The notes: generated from the sequence alone by a model not told the origin. Shown: positions 42,113 to 52,630, numbered from the stretch's first letter. The stretch is 64,000 nucleotides of DNA from a virus (IMGVR_UViG_3300009551_000002:1-64000), one strand, 5' to 3'. A program made the numbers and translations.

Positions 42113-44020
42113 TCATAATTTCTCTTTCAGAAGTTCCGCAGGTTTCTCAAAACGCTCTTCAGTATTGAGAGCATCTTCGATCTCCGCTTGATATTCTTTC
42201 GTGATGATCGCCCCAGCACCCCCATAGATCTCAGGGATGCCGCCGACGAACGTGATATGCTTCTTAGCCCTAGTAACGGCCACGTAAGCAATGTTGTGCT
42301 CCTGCTCGATCTCCCACTCCTGCGTCGCCATCGGATGCGGCAACAATTCCGGCGCGAGCACGAACACGTTGTCAGCTTCGAGCCCTTTGGTACGATGTAC
42401 AGTACCCAGGATGACGGCATGCTTGGGCGCACCGTCCGCTTCAAAGTCCGCGAAGATCTCACGGATCTTGCTGATGACCTGGGAAGTGAGATCGACGCCG
42501 TCCATTAGCTCACGCAGAGTCTCATAGCGGTCGGTCAATGCGCCAATCAGCGCCTCAGAGTTCTTACGACCATGCAGCCGCGCCGTCTCCTTGCGGTAGT
42601 AGGAATTCAATTCCTTACCGAGTTCGAGAGTAGTCTCGGGGCTACCCAGTTTCTTGATGAGCGCTTCGAGACCAGCGCCGATGTCACGGCCACGAACGAC
42701 AGCTTTAACGCCACGTTGGATCAGTTCGTAGCAGATTGGAATCAGGTGACGATTCACACGGCAGAGAACGAGATCGCCGGGCTGCATGGCGTCGACGGCC
42801 TTGTCCTTGCTTAATTGTTCGTAGGTGCCTTCGATAGCGTCGTCCATGGCGGCAATAACGTCGTCGCCTACGATACGCTTAGCCATCTCGACGTGACTCT
42901 TCGGGCAGCGCCGGGTGACGGTGAGAGGCAATACCTGACAGCCGCGAGGATCGGCGAATAGCATGTCCTCGATGCGGGAAATCGCGCCGGTATCGGCCCC
43001 CCGGAAGCCGTAAATGCTCTGCCAACGGTCCCCAATAGCCATGATGCGACCCTTCGGGCACGCGATCTTGACGAGAGCTTGCTGTGCGCGGTCAGTATCC
43101 TGCGCTTCGTCGACGATGAGGATATCGAACAGGTCCGCTTTGAGATTCAGCACGACTGGTAGCCATGTCATGTCGTCGAAGTCGACGTGTTGAGGGTCGG
43201 CCATGTCCCACAGGATGAGCTTGGGGACGAGACCGAGAGCGAAGTCTTCAATTTTTTCGTCATAGTCGACATTGTGATAGTCGGCTAGATCGATGAGTTG
43301 CTGGCGATCCTGGCCGTCGTAGAGATAGTGCTTGCAGAGACGGACTAGCTGAGAGGCGAGTCGGCACGCCGCGTACCATTGGTCGTCGTCGGCAGTACCT
43401 TTGTCGGTCTTGGCGAGTTGGTCGATGAGACCGTCGAGCTTGTTTTCTTCGAGTTTGACTGTACCGTAATGATTGCGGAGGATCGACAGACCGAGCGAAT
43501 GGTAGGTCATCGCCTTGGCCGAGGCGTCCTTCTCTTTGATGAGACGGAGGACGCCCTGCTGAGCAGACGACGACTTGCCGCTGCCAGCACTCGCGTTGAT
43601 GAGCAAGTGGGATTCGTCGTTGAGCATGGCATCCCAGATGACATCCTGTTCAGGCGAGCCGACAAAGAACTCTTTGCCGGTCATGAGCTTGGTCTGCATC
43701 TCAGCAGCAATGTGCTTGTTGAACGCGATGATGCCGATGCGCGGGCCATTGCCGCCGATGGGCATATTCTTGGTGAAGGGCGAGCCGGTCGCTTTGGGAC
43801 GCTGATTGTATGTCGGCTCGTCGGATCGCGACGTGCCACGGTAGCCCATGCCGCCGCTACCAGGACGGCGAACGAACTTCTGTTTCTTGTCAGCAGGCGT
43901 ACACTCTTCGTGTGAAGTGACACGAGGGGTAACCGTGCTGTCGAGATCGATCATGTCGCCCTCGGAGATTGGGCGACGGCAGTAAGCGCACTTTCCGGGG
44001 AATTTGGCCGGGAATGACAT
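42113..44020 (-). CDS. UvrD/PcrA-like SF1 DNA helicase with N-terminal zinc ribbon
   Basis: Walker A NASAGSGKSS; motif II LIVDEAQD; motif VI-like VTRAKKHITFVG; N-terminal C-x2-C. Confidence 0.7.
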   Translation of the reverse strand: MSFPAKFPGKCAYCRRPISEGDMIDLDSTVTPRVTSHEECTPADKKQKFVRRPGSGGMGYRGTSRSDEPTYNQRPKATGSPFTKNMPIGGNGPRIGIIAFNKHIAAEMQTKLMTGKEFFVGSPEQDVIWDAMLNDESHLLINASAGSGKSSSAQQGVLRLIKEKDASAKAMTYHSLGLSILRNHYGTVKLEENKLDGLIDQLAKTDKGTADDDQWYAACRLASQLVRLCKHYLYDGQDRQQLIDLADYHNVDYDEKIEDFALGLVPKLILWDMADPQHVDFDDMTWLPVVLNLKADLFDILIVDEAQDTDRAQQALVKIACPKGRIMAIGDRWQSIYGFRGADTGAISRIEDMLFADPRGCQVLPLTVTRRCPKSHVEMAKRIVGDDVIAAMDDAIEGTYEQLSKDKAVDAMQPGDLVLCRVNRHLIPICYELIQRGVKAVVRGRDIGAGLEALIKKLGSPETTLELGKELNSYYRKETARLHGRKNSEALIGALTDRYETLRELMDGVDLTSQVISKIREIFADFEADGAPKHAVILGTVHRTKGLEADNVFVLAPELLPHPMATQEWEIEQEHNIAYVAVTRAKKHITFVGGIPEIYGGAGAIITKEYQAEIEDALNTEERFEKPAELLKEKL

Positions 44021-44040
44021 ATATTCTTCTTTCGTTAATT

Positions 44041-44070
44041 TAGATGATAACCGAAGCGCTTTGGTTACAA
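44041..44070. repeat. palindromic intergenic motif copy (variant)
   Basis: TTAGATGATAACCGAAGCGCTTTGGTTACA. Confidence 0.5.
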
Positions 44071-44196
44071 ATTATTTGCCGCGTTCTTTTTCCTTAGCCT
44101 TCCGGCACGCCTCACAGTACTTCTTGTTAGGCGGGCCTTCGATGTCCGCTTCGCATCGACGGCATTTGCCTTTGCGGTTGACCTCGGGTAAGAACT

Positions 44197-44571
44197 TCAT
44201 CGCTCCTCGATACATTTTTTAGACTCCCGGCCCCAAAAGTCGAATCGATCCGTTTTCAAGTGATGGTTCAGAAACTCGCCGACGCTCGCGAATACCTTAG
44301 TGATATTCTTAGGCAGCGTCAATATTGAACGGTCGCGCGGAGACTTGCAGATATGCGTACGGAAAATAGCACTCCCTGCGCACTGTGGGCCGATCTTCGT
44401 ATGACACTCGACCTTGCCATCGTCGCGCACGATCTCGATCCACTGCTCAGCCGTGAATGATCCTAGCCACCCCGGCAATGCCGTCCGAGCGAACGGGCAG
44501 TCACTACACGGTGATTTGTGCTGGACCTTGGATGGCTTGGCTTGGTCGCCGGTTATGAGTTGGCCTTTCAC
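44197..44571 (-). CDS. hypothetical Cys-rich protein
   Basis: 124 aa. Confidence 0.45.
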   Translation of the reverse strand: MKGQLITGDQAKPSKVQHKSPCSDCPFARTALPGWLGSFTAEQWIEIVRDDGKVECHTKIGPQCAGSAIFRTHICKSPRDRSILTLPKNITKVFASVGEFLNHHLKTDRFDFWGRESKKCIEER

Positions 44572-45071
44572 TTACCCTTCCTTTCGAGGATCTTCAGGAC
44601 CTCTTCCCATTTCCACCATGCGGTCATCGCGCCGTAGACTGTAGTGAGCGCCATGACATCGTGTAGCGTCCGGAGATCGAACGACACGCCGAAGTAGTCG
44701 TCACACTTTTGCCTGCCGCCGCCCCAGGTCGGATCGACAACCGTACCGTCAACCTTGACACACCACGCGTGATCGACCGGGGTGACGCCGGTCGCGACGC
44801 CTTCGACGTAGGTCAGGTTTAGATCCGACATCGCTAAGTTGTACGCGTTCACGTGACACTGCTTGAGAGGATTACGGCCACGCCACCCCTTAACGTCAGG
44901 TGCCGTCTGATTCGTGTACTGCTTGCCGTGTTGAAGAATATAGGCGTAAGGAGACATGACGCGCTCGCCGACGTTGCCGTCGTTCGCGCGTACCTTCTCG
45001 ATCATCTCCATATACCGGCGAGCCTCACCGCGAGCTTCGCCGACAGTTGCCGTTCCGATCACGTCAGTCAT
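44568..45071 (-). CDS. hypothetical protein
   Basis: 167 aa. Confidence 0.5.
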   Translation of the reverse strand: MTDVIGTATVGEARGEARRYMEMIEKVRANDGNVGERVMSPYAYILQHGKQYTNQTAPDVKGWRGRNPLKQCHVNAYNLAMSDLNLTYVEGVATGVTPVDHAWCVKVDGTVVDPTWGGGRQKCDDYFGVSFDLRTLHDVMALTTVYGAMTAWWKWEEVLKILERKGK

Positions 45072-45073
45072 GC

Positions 45074-45334
45074 TTACGCTTGCGCCTCGCGTTCGGCCTT
45101 CTCGATTGCCTTGCGCCGAGCACGGGCATTTCGCTTCCTGGCTACCGTTGCCTTCTTGGCATTGACGAGGATCGCCGCCAGCTTCTTCTTGTTCATCACT
45201 GAGCCGCCCTTGCGCCCCAAGGCCACGGCAGCGGCATTCTTGCCGTCCGCAGTCGTGACCTCAGACACTTGGTCGACCGGATCGATTACTGGAGTAGTCT
45301 TTGCTTTTGTCATAGTCCCTTTCGTACGGTTCAT
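45074..45334 (-). CDS. KGG-repeat (stress-protein-like) small protein
   Basis: AVALGRKGGSV motif. Confidence 0.35.
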   Translation of the reverse strand: MNRTKGTMTKAKTTPVIDPVDQVSEVTTADGKNAAAVALGRKGGSVMNKKKLAAILVNAKKATVARKRNARARRKAIEKAEREAQA

Positions 45335-45699
45335 GCGGCCATGGATGTAGCACGGCCAGCAGGCTTACGTAACGCCTTCGCTGCGCGTTCTTTGCGCATG
45401 CGCTCCTGATAGGCGAAGTAGCCAGCACGCCGCCGCGCCTCACCCTCAGGAGACAGCTTGCGTTTGGCGAATCCCTTCTTCTTGGTCTTCTTCGGCTTAA
45501 AAGGCTTAGTCAGAGTAGACTTCTTCACGCCGGTTTTCTCGTCGCCCTTTTTGAGAGCATTCTTGACGCCGGGCGGGCGGCCTAGTCGTTTGCCGAAAGT
45601 CACGCCCACATAGGCGAGCACGGTATCGATGGCCGCGATGGTGCGGTCCATCTCCTCGCGTGCCGCGATGAGCTTGTTGCGATGCTTGATCAGGTTCAC
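45331..45699 (-). CDS. basic hypothetical protein
   Basis: 122 aa; K-rich C-terminal half. Confidence 0.45.
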   Translation of the reverse strand: MNLIKHRNKLIAAREEMDRTIAAIDTVLAYVGVTFGKRLGRPPGVKNALKKGDEKTGVKKSTLTKPFKPKKTKKKGFAKRKLSPEGEARRRAGYFAYQERMRKERAAKALRKPAGRATSMAA

Positions 45700-46040
45700 G
45701 CGGCCCTTCCATTCTTCAACCGCAGCATCACGCGAACATAATCGGTGATGTCGTTCGAGACCGAGCGTCTGGCAATCTTGCCGCGATGATATAGCTCGAC
45801 GGCTCGCTCACCGGCAGGCGTCGCCACGAGGTACGGGTTACTAGCTGGGCCTGCGGTTTGGATCAGTTCACGGCGGTACAGGTTGCGTACAGGGCCATTA
45901 TTGATGTCCTGCAATCGATTCACGCCGATCCTGATGTTATGCAGGACGATGTCCCGCATGATGGGATACTGCAATGGCGTCAAGCGCAGATAGAATGTCT
46001 TGACGCGTTCCGGGGAGGTAGTCTTATTCGTATTGCTCAC
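45696..46040 (-). CDS. hypothetical protein (possible wHTH)
   Basis: 114 aa. Confidence 0.45.
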   Translation of the reverse strand: MSNTNKTTSPERVKTFYLRLTPLQYPIMRDIVLHNIRIGVNRLQDINNGPVRNLYRRELIQTAGPASNPYLVATPAGERAVELYHRGKIARRSVSNDITDYVRVMLRLKNGRAA

Positions 46041-46256
46041 GTGTATGTTAAGTGTCCTTTCCTTTTTTCCAAATCAGAGACCGACTGCTGAGAAATCCGC
46101 GTTCGTCATGATGACCCGTTCGTCATCGGAAGCGAACTCAATCGTTGGGACGCGGGAATCGTCCTTAATGTCCAAGATGACTTCTTTGACTCCGAAGTCC
46201 AGGAGCATTTCGACGATCTTGAGTTTTAAGTCTTTGGCCATAATTTCCTCTCTTTT

Positions 46257-46901
46257 TTATAGTTCGAGTGCCGCCCTCATCGCGGCGAATCCCAGCGGGT
46301 CGAATTCTTTCAGGACCTCGGGGTGAATGACGTATGCCGACATGGTTTCGGCGAACCATTCTTCTGGACTCGTGCCCGCGTACTTGGACACGAAACGCTG
46401 AGACCCATAGGCCGATTGCGCCGCCTCAGACATGAACCGGCACAGTGAATTACTCTCACGCACGACGTATGCGTCGATCATGTGCGAGACCTCGTGAATC
46501 AGCGTGGCCGTGTCTAACTGCGATATCGGCACGGTGAAAGATATCTGCGGAACGACGACGGCTCGCCACATATTCGAGTGCCGGGCGGCCATGGCTTGTA
46601 TGCGGGTGTCGTGCTTATATCCCGCATTGATCCCCACGATATTCTTGTAGCCATTGTAGAAGCCTCCGCACGAGACTTGATCGTCACTGGCTCTTAGGTC
46701 ATCTGGAACGATCAGACTATTGGCTACGACCACGTCGAATAGAGCGCGATGACTATCTGTGAAAGTAAGTGTCTGTAGCGGATTCGCTTGCAGTACCCTG
46801 CTGAGTGCCGGATAGGAATCGAGACCGCTTACTGCACGTTTCGCGTCATCGATGATTGCCGGATCGCAAATGAAATTGCGCGTAATCTGTTCTGGTGTCA
46901 A
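46257..46901 (-). CDS. putative Zn-metalloprotease (HExxH...E)
   Basis: TLIHEVSHMID and downstream EEWFAETMSAY glutamate. Confidence 0.45.
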   Translation of the reverse strand: MTPEQITRNFICDPAIIDDAKRAVSGLDSYPALSRVLQANPLQTLTFTDSHRALFDVVVANSLIVPDDLRASDDQVSCGGFYNGYKNIVGINAGYKHDTRIQAMAARHSNMWRAVVVPQISFTVPISQLDTATLIHEVSHMIDAYVVRESNSLCRFMSEAAQSAYGSQRFVSKYAGTSPEEWFAETMSAYVIHPEVLKEFDPLGFAAMRAALEL

Positions 46902-47017
46902 TGTGTCGTCCTTGTAGTTCTTGTGTCCTGTACATTTGATGTAATCCTGACCGGTTTGGATACCGATTTTTTACTACTTTGTAACTATACCACAGACTGA
47001 AAGCGCTTAGGCAAGTG

Positions 47018-47287
47018 CTATACGGTTGCCGTCAACGCCTTCTTTTTCGCACGTCGCTCACGTGATCCGGACGCCTTACGCGCGAGTGCTTCTGCTCTAC
47101 AAAACGGACAATGCTTCGGAGTATCGCCGCGTTGCTTGAATAGCCTTTCATCCGTTCGTGTGCCCGGCCACGTGTGCGCGATCATGACAGTCACACCAGC
47201 GCGTATCGCGGCCTTAACCAGACGTGATCCTTGACCGGCCAAATGACGTTCGAGCCGCCGCTCAGGCGGAAGCGATGTCCATCCCAC
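47018..47287 (-). CDS. hypothetical basic protein
   Basis: 89 aa, CPFC. Confidence 0.35.
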   Translation of the reverse strand: MGWTSLPPERRLERHLAGQGSRLVKAAIRAGVTVMIAHTWPGTRTDERLFKQRGDTPKHCPFCRAEALARKASGSRERRAKKKALTATV

Positions 47288-47344
47288 GTAATGCCGACTA
47301 TGATGGAACGGTTGTCGAAATGCAGTAGGTATATAGTGCCGGTT

Positions 47345-47635
47345 TCATTTTGCACGATGCCTTATCTTGAAGCGATTCCAAATTGTGCGCAAACGACCAC
47401 GTATGCCGAATGATTTTCGTATTCCGTCCAGGTCTGGATACTCATAGGGCCTTTCGCGAGATGCCTTAGACCAAGGTGAGAATCCACCCTTGCGCATCCA
47501 TTGGTCGAGCGCGAGCACTAGCTCAGCCAAACGCTCAGTGTCCGCGTAGACGTCGCCGCCGTGCGGATAGTCAGGGTCGTTCGCGATCCGGTTCGCGATG
47601 GATAGTTGCTCTTGCAGATTAGCGATTGGGTCCAT
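47345..47635 (-). CDS. hypothetical protein
   Basis: 96 aa. Confidence 0.45.
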   Translation of the reverse strand: MDPIANLQEQLSIANRIANDPDYPHGGDVYADTERLAELVLALDQWMRKGGFSPWSKASRERPYEYPDLDGIRKSFGIRGRLRTIWNRFKIRHRAK

Positions 47636-48026
47636 TAAGTTGCTCCTCTTGTTCCGCTAAGATCTTTAGTCCGATCTCTAACGCGCGTGCATTCCGGTCC
47701 TTGTCGGCATGCTCACGTAAGGCACGCTCTGCGTCTTTCAATATCGCTTTCATCTTCTTGATACGCGCGACTAATAGCCCCTTTCGAGCGAGCCCCTGAA
47801 AGGTATGAAACCTGATCGCGTCGGTGTTGCACGTCTTGCAGTAGGCCGTTGGCAATCCGGCCTGCGGTCCCTTCTTGCGCGTGTGGAACTCGCCTATGGG
47901 CCTATCGGATTCGCACCACGGGCACCATCGAGTCTCACGGTTCGCGGTACGCTCTTTAATCATCTGAGTAATAGGTCCAGTTCTTCGGCATAGCCCTGCT
48001 CCGGACACTTCCGCGTGTGGAAGCAA
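47619..48026 (-). CDS. hypothetical protein with Zn ribbon
   Basis: CPWC...CKTC. Confidence 0.45.
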   Translation of the reverse strand: MLPHAEVSGAGLCRRTGPITQMIKERTANRETRWCPWCESDRPIGEFHTRKKGPQAGLPTAYCKTCNTDAIRFHTFQGLARKGLLVARIKKMKAILKDAERALREHADKDRNARALEIGLKILAEQEEQLNGPNR

Positions 48027-48148
48027 TGCTGCAAATGCTGCTCGACTAAGAACAGCAGTAAGGCCGCGCGTTTGGCCTTCGCCGGATCGCTTAGTATCTC
48101 TTGCGCGCGTTGTTCCCAGACTTCAGACATAAGCCTCATCCATTCCAA
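47960..48148 (-). CDS. hypothetical small protein
   Basis: 62 aa. Confidence 0.3.
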   Translation of the reverse strand: MEWMRLMSEVWEQRAQEILSDPAKAKRAALLLFLVEQHLQHCFHTRKCPEQGYAEELDLLLR

Positions 48149-48585
48149 TCCTTCAACGACACGTTCTTAGCAGGCGCGTAGATCACCGCCTCTTGCGTCG
48201 AGTGATCCAGTTCGTACCACGCGCCGTTACCTGCCTTCGCGACCGCCGCGCGGATACGCCGGGTCGAGCCATCGGTGACCTTGAGACTCAGCCCTTGACT
48301 ACCCATACGAACGCCAATGTGGAAGCGCTTCACTTCCTTGCCGGTGATGACCTCGATGTCGTTCGGATCGGTGATGATCCGAGACGGCGTTTCTTCGAGC
48401 TTCCAATGCGGCTTAGGCGTAGGGTTGCCCTCACGATCCAGCGCCGGGCTAGACATCGAGAGACCAGGATCGCTCAGGTCGACGCTACGCCATACCGCGA
48501 CGCCGCCGCGTGATGCGATCCACTCCTTGAACTTCGCCGCGTGTTCCGGCGCTACCGTGTGCTTTTCGAGTTTGGTTTCAGTCAT
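48136..48585 (-). CDS. hypothetical protein
   Basis: 149 aa. Confidence 0.5.
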   Translation of the reverse strand: MTETKLEKHTVAPEHAAKFKEWIASRGGVAVWRSVDLSDPGLSMSSPALDREGNPTPKPHWKLEETPSRIITDPNDIEVITGKEVKRFHIGVRMGSQGLSLKVTDGSTRRIRAAVAKAGNGAWYELDHSTQEAVIYAPAKNVSLKDWNG

Positions 48586-48933
48586 TTAGAAATTGATGTC
48601 CTGACCGGGATACGTGAATCCCAATGCCTTGCGAATCCTCTTCGCCAGCTTGTTCGACGTCTTCACGGCAGCCTTATGGCCTTGATCGCCGCAGCCGTAG
48701 CCGTAGCGTTCATCCAAGTAGCCGCGTAGGCGTACTGCGCGTTCGATGACCGCGTCCAGATGCCGGATGACCTCGTGTTGAGCTTGCGGTTTCAGTTCGC
48801 CCACACTGCTCCAATGCGTCATTGGCTCATCGAGGAAAAATTGTGCCGTGCGCTTAGCGTCATCGCGTGGACTTTTATCGGTTGTCGGGTTCGTCGTCTG
48901 TGTCATCGTCGTTATCCTCGTCGTCGTCATCAT
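48586..48933 (-). CDS. hypothetical protein
   Basis: 115 aa. Confidence 0.45.
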   Translation of the reverse strand: MMTTTRITTMTQTTNPTTDKSPRDDAKRTAQFFLDEPMTHWSSVGELKPQAQHEVIRHLDAVIERAVRLRGYLDERYGYGCGDQGHKAAVKTSNKLAKRIRKALGFTYPGQDINF

Positions 48934-49255
48934 CGTCGCGTGCCTTCACGTCGCCGCCATACCGGCCTGTTTCTAAGTCGTCCAGCACTTCGCCGATGGC
49001 GTTCCATAGCGCGTCTGTGTCGCATTCAGCGTGGATCGATTCCAGTTCGGCATCGTCGAGCGATTCGCGATCCCGTAATGCACTCATCAGCGAATGCAGC
49101 ACGCATCCAGCAGACTCGTCGCTGATTGGGCGCGTACAGTTCGGGCAGGTCTTGACGGGCGCGTCGGTCTCATTTTTCCAAGCGTTCTGCGCTCTCTGTA
49201 GGGCACCAGAACAGTCTGATATAAGAGGTTCGGCGTCGCTCATAAAACCTCCCAC
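48875..49255 (-). CDS. hypothetical protein with poly-Asp C-terminal tail
   Basis: ARDDDDDDEDNDDDTDDEPDNR tail. Confidence 0.45.
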   Translation of the reverse strand: MGGFMSDAEPLISDCSGALQRAQNAWKNETDAPVKTCPNCTRPISDESAGCVLHSLMSALRDRESLDDAELESIHAECDTDALWNAIGEVLDDLETGRYGGDVKARDDDDDDEDNDDDTDDEPDNR

Positions 49256-49491
49256 TCACGCATCGACACCATGTCTCGGATCTCAAGCGTAGGCTTGCCG
49301 TCGCGGCCTACACCGTCACTTATCAAAGCAGTGTCGCCGTATGCGACCAGGACCGTATCATCCAGCGGTCCATCGAACCGGACCTTAATCCGCTTGCCGT
49401 CCGGTGACGACTCCATAATCGTGCCGTCGAACTTGACCGGCGAGCCCTTGATGCGGAGCTTGATGCGTTGTTCTCGTTTGTTCGTGTTCAT
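49240..49491 (-). CDS. hypothetical protein
   Basis: 83 aa. Confidence 0.45.
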   Translation of the reverse strand: MNTNKREQRIKLRIKGSPVKFDGTIMESSPDGKRIKVRFDGPLDDTVLVAYGDTALISDGVGRDGKPTLEIRDMVSMREWEVL

Positions 49492-49497
49492 ATCAGA

Positions 49498-49528
49498 TTA
49501 GATGTTATCCAAAGCGGTTAGGTTTCAC
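49498..49528. repeat. 31-bp palindromic intergenic motif copy
   Basis: TTAGATGTTATCCAAAGCGGTTAGGTTTCAC. Confidence 0.6.
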
Positions 49529-49529
49529 T

Positions 49530-49547
49530 AAAAAGCATGCTTTTTTT
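49530..49547. terminator. A/T palindrome hairpin (weak bidirectional terminator-like)
   Basis: AAAAAGCATGCTTTTTTT perfect palindrome just after a stop codon. Confidence 0.3.
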
Positions 49548-49559
49548 AGGGATGGGCCT

Positions 49560-49901
49560 TTAGAAACTCTCGATCCATTCCTGATCGATCTTACGCGCGA
49601 TCTCGCTCACGCGTTCGTGCAGGTCGGGATGCGCCCATATCGTCGCGTATCCAGGTCGGACGTGTAGTTCATGTGCGATGCTGGCCGCATGGAGCGCTTC
49701 CGATATCTTGTACAGCGTCTCGCGGTAAGGCGTGAAACAATACTTCACGGCATTCCGCGCCGTGTAGTCGATACGTGGCTCACGTCGCGTTTCGACCTCG
49801 CGACCGTCGCCGTGTAATTGCTGCCCGCCCGGTCCCTCGTATGTTCCGCCGCGCCCGCTCATGCTTGAACCTCCTCTAGCTCCCCACGCCGCGCTACCCA
49901 A
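49560..49901 (-). CDS. hypothetical protein
   Basis: 113 aa. Confidence 0.45.
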   Translation of the reverse strand: MGSAAWGARGGSSMSGRGGTYEGPGGQQLHGDGREVETRREPRIDYTARNAVKYCFTPYRETLYKISEALHAASIAHELHVRPGYATIWAHPDLHERVSEIARKIDQEWIESF

Positions 49902-50194
49902 TCGCGGCTCAAGTCGTTCTCAGGTCCTACCGGCGTATCGAGAACGATGTCGTAGATAGCCCGGTTCGACGAGTCGAAGCGTACTTGACGAATCTCCCCA
50001 TAGCCTACGTCGATCACGTGGACCCGCACACGTTCCGCCGTACCGTCACGCGATACCAGCACCTTGTTACCATTGGCGACCGCGACGGCCATCCATCCCC
50101 CATCGGTGTACGCGGTCTCTACCGCGCCGCGCACCCTACGGTAAGCGTGCGCCGCCTCTACTACGTCAAATACAGTTATCTTTTGTGTTGTCAT
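49859..50194 (-). CDS. hypothetical protein
   Basis: 111 aa. Confidence 0.45.
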   Translation of the reverse strand: MTTQKITVFDVVEAAHAYRRVRGAVETAYTDGGWMAVAVANGNKVLVSRDGTAERVRVHVIDVGYGEIRQVRFDSSNRAIYDIVLDTPVGPENDLSRDWVARRGELEEVQA

Positions 50195-50295
50195 TGTCCT
50201 TTACCTTGAATAGAACGCGATGAGGAGCAACGCGCCGCCGATGACGATGAGTAGCCACGCGCGGACGGTACGCCAGAAAAATGGATCGGCGCGCC

Positions 50296-50670
50296 TCATT
50301 TGATCCCCAATCGAACCAACATCGATTCGAGCCACCCGAGCACGCGCACGTTTTTCCACTCCGAGATGCCAGTAAGCGCATTGACGCTAGGGCCATCGAT
50401 CCACAATGACCGTAGGCCGCGCACGTCGCCACGAACTAGCGTGACATCCCAATAAGGGTCTAGCCATTCGTCGCTCCAGTGCAAGATATCGTGTTCGTTC
50501 GTCCGATCTACTCGAACGATAATCGGATCGGTCATTAAGTCCTCGGAGTCGTCGCGGTCATTGTAGCCGCTAACCCAAGTGACTTCGAGCAAACGACCTC
50601 GATGCGCGCGATAAAACTCTAGCGCCTCACGTTCGAGAATGGCGCGGCGTTCTGTGCTGATCGCGTTCAT
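50296..50670 (-). CDS. hypothetical protein
   Basis: 124 aa. Confidence 0.45.
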   Translation of the reverse strand: MNAISTERRAILEREALEFYRAHRGRLLEVTWVSGYNDRDDSEDLMTDPIIVRVDRTNEHDILHWSDEWLDPYWDVTLVRGDVRGLRSLWIDGPSVNALTGISEWKNVRVLGWLESMLVRLGIK

Positions 50671-51110
50671 AACAGGTCCCGCTCAATCTGCCGGATATCC
50701 TTTTTACCCGCCGTCCATTCGAGCAGCGCGTCAATCAATGGATTGATCCACGAATCACGATGAAGGCGCGTCGACTCCTTAATCGCTGCTGTTAGTTCGT
50801 CGGTTGTGAACGGCATCGCGAAAGGAAAGTCCATATAGAACTTACCCGGTACTTTGAAGGACGAAAATCCTGCCGATTCGTAGTTAGCTTTGCTTCGGAT
50901 CTCACGGAGGATACGCGCCAGTGTCGAACTCCGCGACGACTCACGCCGCCCCTGCTCAGCTTCTAAGCCGTTCAGGTAGTTGTGCCCCTCCTGCTCACGG
51001 TCGAGTAGTTTGACCGCCGCGTCCAGGTTGTTCAAGACGTAATCGCGGTTACTCTCGAAGTAACCATCGTCGTCAAGATCCAATGGCCGTCTGGGTTTGA
51101 TCTCAATCAT
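50667..51110 (-). CDS. hypothetical protein
   Basis: 147 aa. Confidence 0.45.
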   Translation of the reverse strand: MIEIKPRRPLDLDDDGYFESNRDYVLNNLDAAVKLLDREQEGHNYLNGLEAEQGRRESSRSSTLARILREIRSKANYESAGFSSFKVPGKFYMDFPFAMPFTTDELTAAIKESTRLHRDSWINPLIDALLEWTAGKKDIRQIERDLL

Positions 51111-52630
51111 GCGTTCTCCTGACCGGTCACGCTTAGCGCGTCATTCGTCTGCGGGTCCGGCAACGGATTGACCATCAGTTCAGGCGCGTCAATGCCGTAG
51201 TCGCCACGCGCGACACCTGCTGGGTCCGATGCTGACTCGGACTCGATCCAGTCCTCAGCCTCTTTAAGCGTGTTGAAACGTGCGACGACACGCGGGTCTA
51301 TTCCAGGTGGCGCATAAGTGACCGCGACGGGCGGATTGTTGGGGAGTGCTTCTAACACTCCCGCAAACCGTTCAATCTCTGCTTTGTTGAATAAATGGCA
51401 GCCTGCTCTAAGGTTGCCTTGCGTGTCTATCGAGTCGATAGCATAATGGCCTAGGTGGATCGTGTGCCCGTTGCGATGATACTCACGGCCATTCTGGACG
51501 TATGCCAGCACTACCGGGAGTGCCTTTTTGACGTGCTCTAATGGCACACGCGCGCCTTGTGAGGTCTGGACCTCGTTATCCTTGACGCGTAGGTAGGACG
51601 TGCCCGTCATGTATTGGCTAGGCAGTGAAACGCTTTCACCGGCAAGCCATAACGGTAGCCGCTCCTCGAACGTCTTGCGTTCGTTCTCTTGCTGTCTCGC
51701 CCAGCGCGTGTCACGCGTCGCCCGGCCTTTAAGACGCGCCGCTGCTACAGTCGCGTCATGCGCTACCATAACATCGTTCAGGTAGTCCAGGTCTGCCGGG
51801 ATTTCGACGGCAGGACCGTACCCAAAAAAGTCACCGATGGAATTGACCGCATACACTTTGGTACGCAATTTGGTATACAGTTTGGCCAGCGTGCCGGGAT
51901 TGCGGCTAATCGATCCAAACTCTTTCGCGACCTCATGCGCCTTCGCTACCTTTTTATAGAGTCGGTCGCGCTTCTCAGCCGTGGAAACGTCCCACGTCTT
52001 GATAGAGTCGAGGATATCGAGCATAATACGCGCTTCAGTCTTGCTAAGGCCAGACTGAATCGTCGTCCCTGCATTGACGCCGTTGCGTACCGCCAGCGTC
52101 CAATAGCCGTTGTCGCGCCAGTTGGTATTGCCTTTGTGCGCGACGACGTTACGACCGGCGACCGCATCGACCTCAGACGCCTCTTTATCGCGTCCCACAA
52201 GCGCGTTGAATTTGACCTTGGACGTCTTAACCTTGTACTCGTAGCGATTGTCTGGCCGCGTCCCTTGCAGTCTTTTAATCAGCGCTTCGACGTCTTTACG
52301 CTGGGAGTCGTAGGCGTTCTTTGGATCGCGCCCGCTATCGCGCGATAGATCTTCGACGTAGAACACGGGTACGCCGTCCGGGATCGACCGCCGCACATAG
52401 TTGATGTGCTTCGCCGTCGTGTTAGACCACTTTTGATTCGTGAACAGTACCGCCGCTTCGCCCTTGTCATTCGTGACGTGACGGGCAATCGGGAAATGAC
52501 TGCCATACGAGTAGATCGTATCGCCGCGAAAGTAGAAGTTACCGCCAGGGTTGCGCGCGTCGTCTTGCGTCTTGTGCGCCCATAAGTGGGCTATCTCGTC
52601 GGTCGGAAAAACATGCTTTGTTCTAGCCAT
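51107..52630 (-). CDS. large hypothetical protein (507 aa)
   Basis: Long ORF of ordinary composition; no family recognised. Confidence 0.55.
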   Translation of the reverse strand: MARTKHVFPTDEIAHLWAHKTQDDARNPGGNFYFRGDTIYSYGSHFPIARHVTNDKGEAAVLFTNQKWSNTTAKHINYVRRSIPDGVPVFYVEDLSRDSGRDPKNAYDSQRKDVEALIKRLQGTRPDNRYEYKVKTSKVKFNALVGRDKEASEVDAVAGRNVVAHKGNTNWRDNGYWTLAVRNGVNAGTTIQSGLSKTEARIMLDILDSIKTWDVSTAEKRDRLYKKVAKAHEVAKEFGSISRNPGTLAKLYTKLRTKVYAVNSIGDFFGYGPAVEIPADLDYLNDVMVAHDATVAAARLKGRATRDTRWARQQENERKTFEERLPLWLAGESVSLPSQYMTGTSYLRVKDNEVQTSQGARVPLEHVKKALPVVLAYVQNGREYHRNGHTIHLGHYAIDSIDTQGNLRAGCHLFNKAEIERFAGVLEALPNNPPVAVTYAPPGIDPRVVARFNTLKEAEDWIESESASDPAGVARGDYGIDAPELMVNPLPDPQTNDALSVTGQENA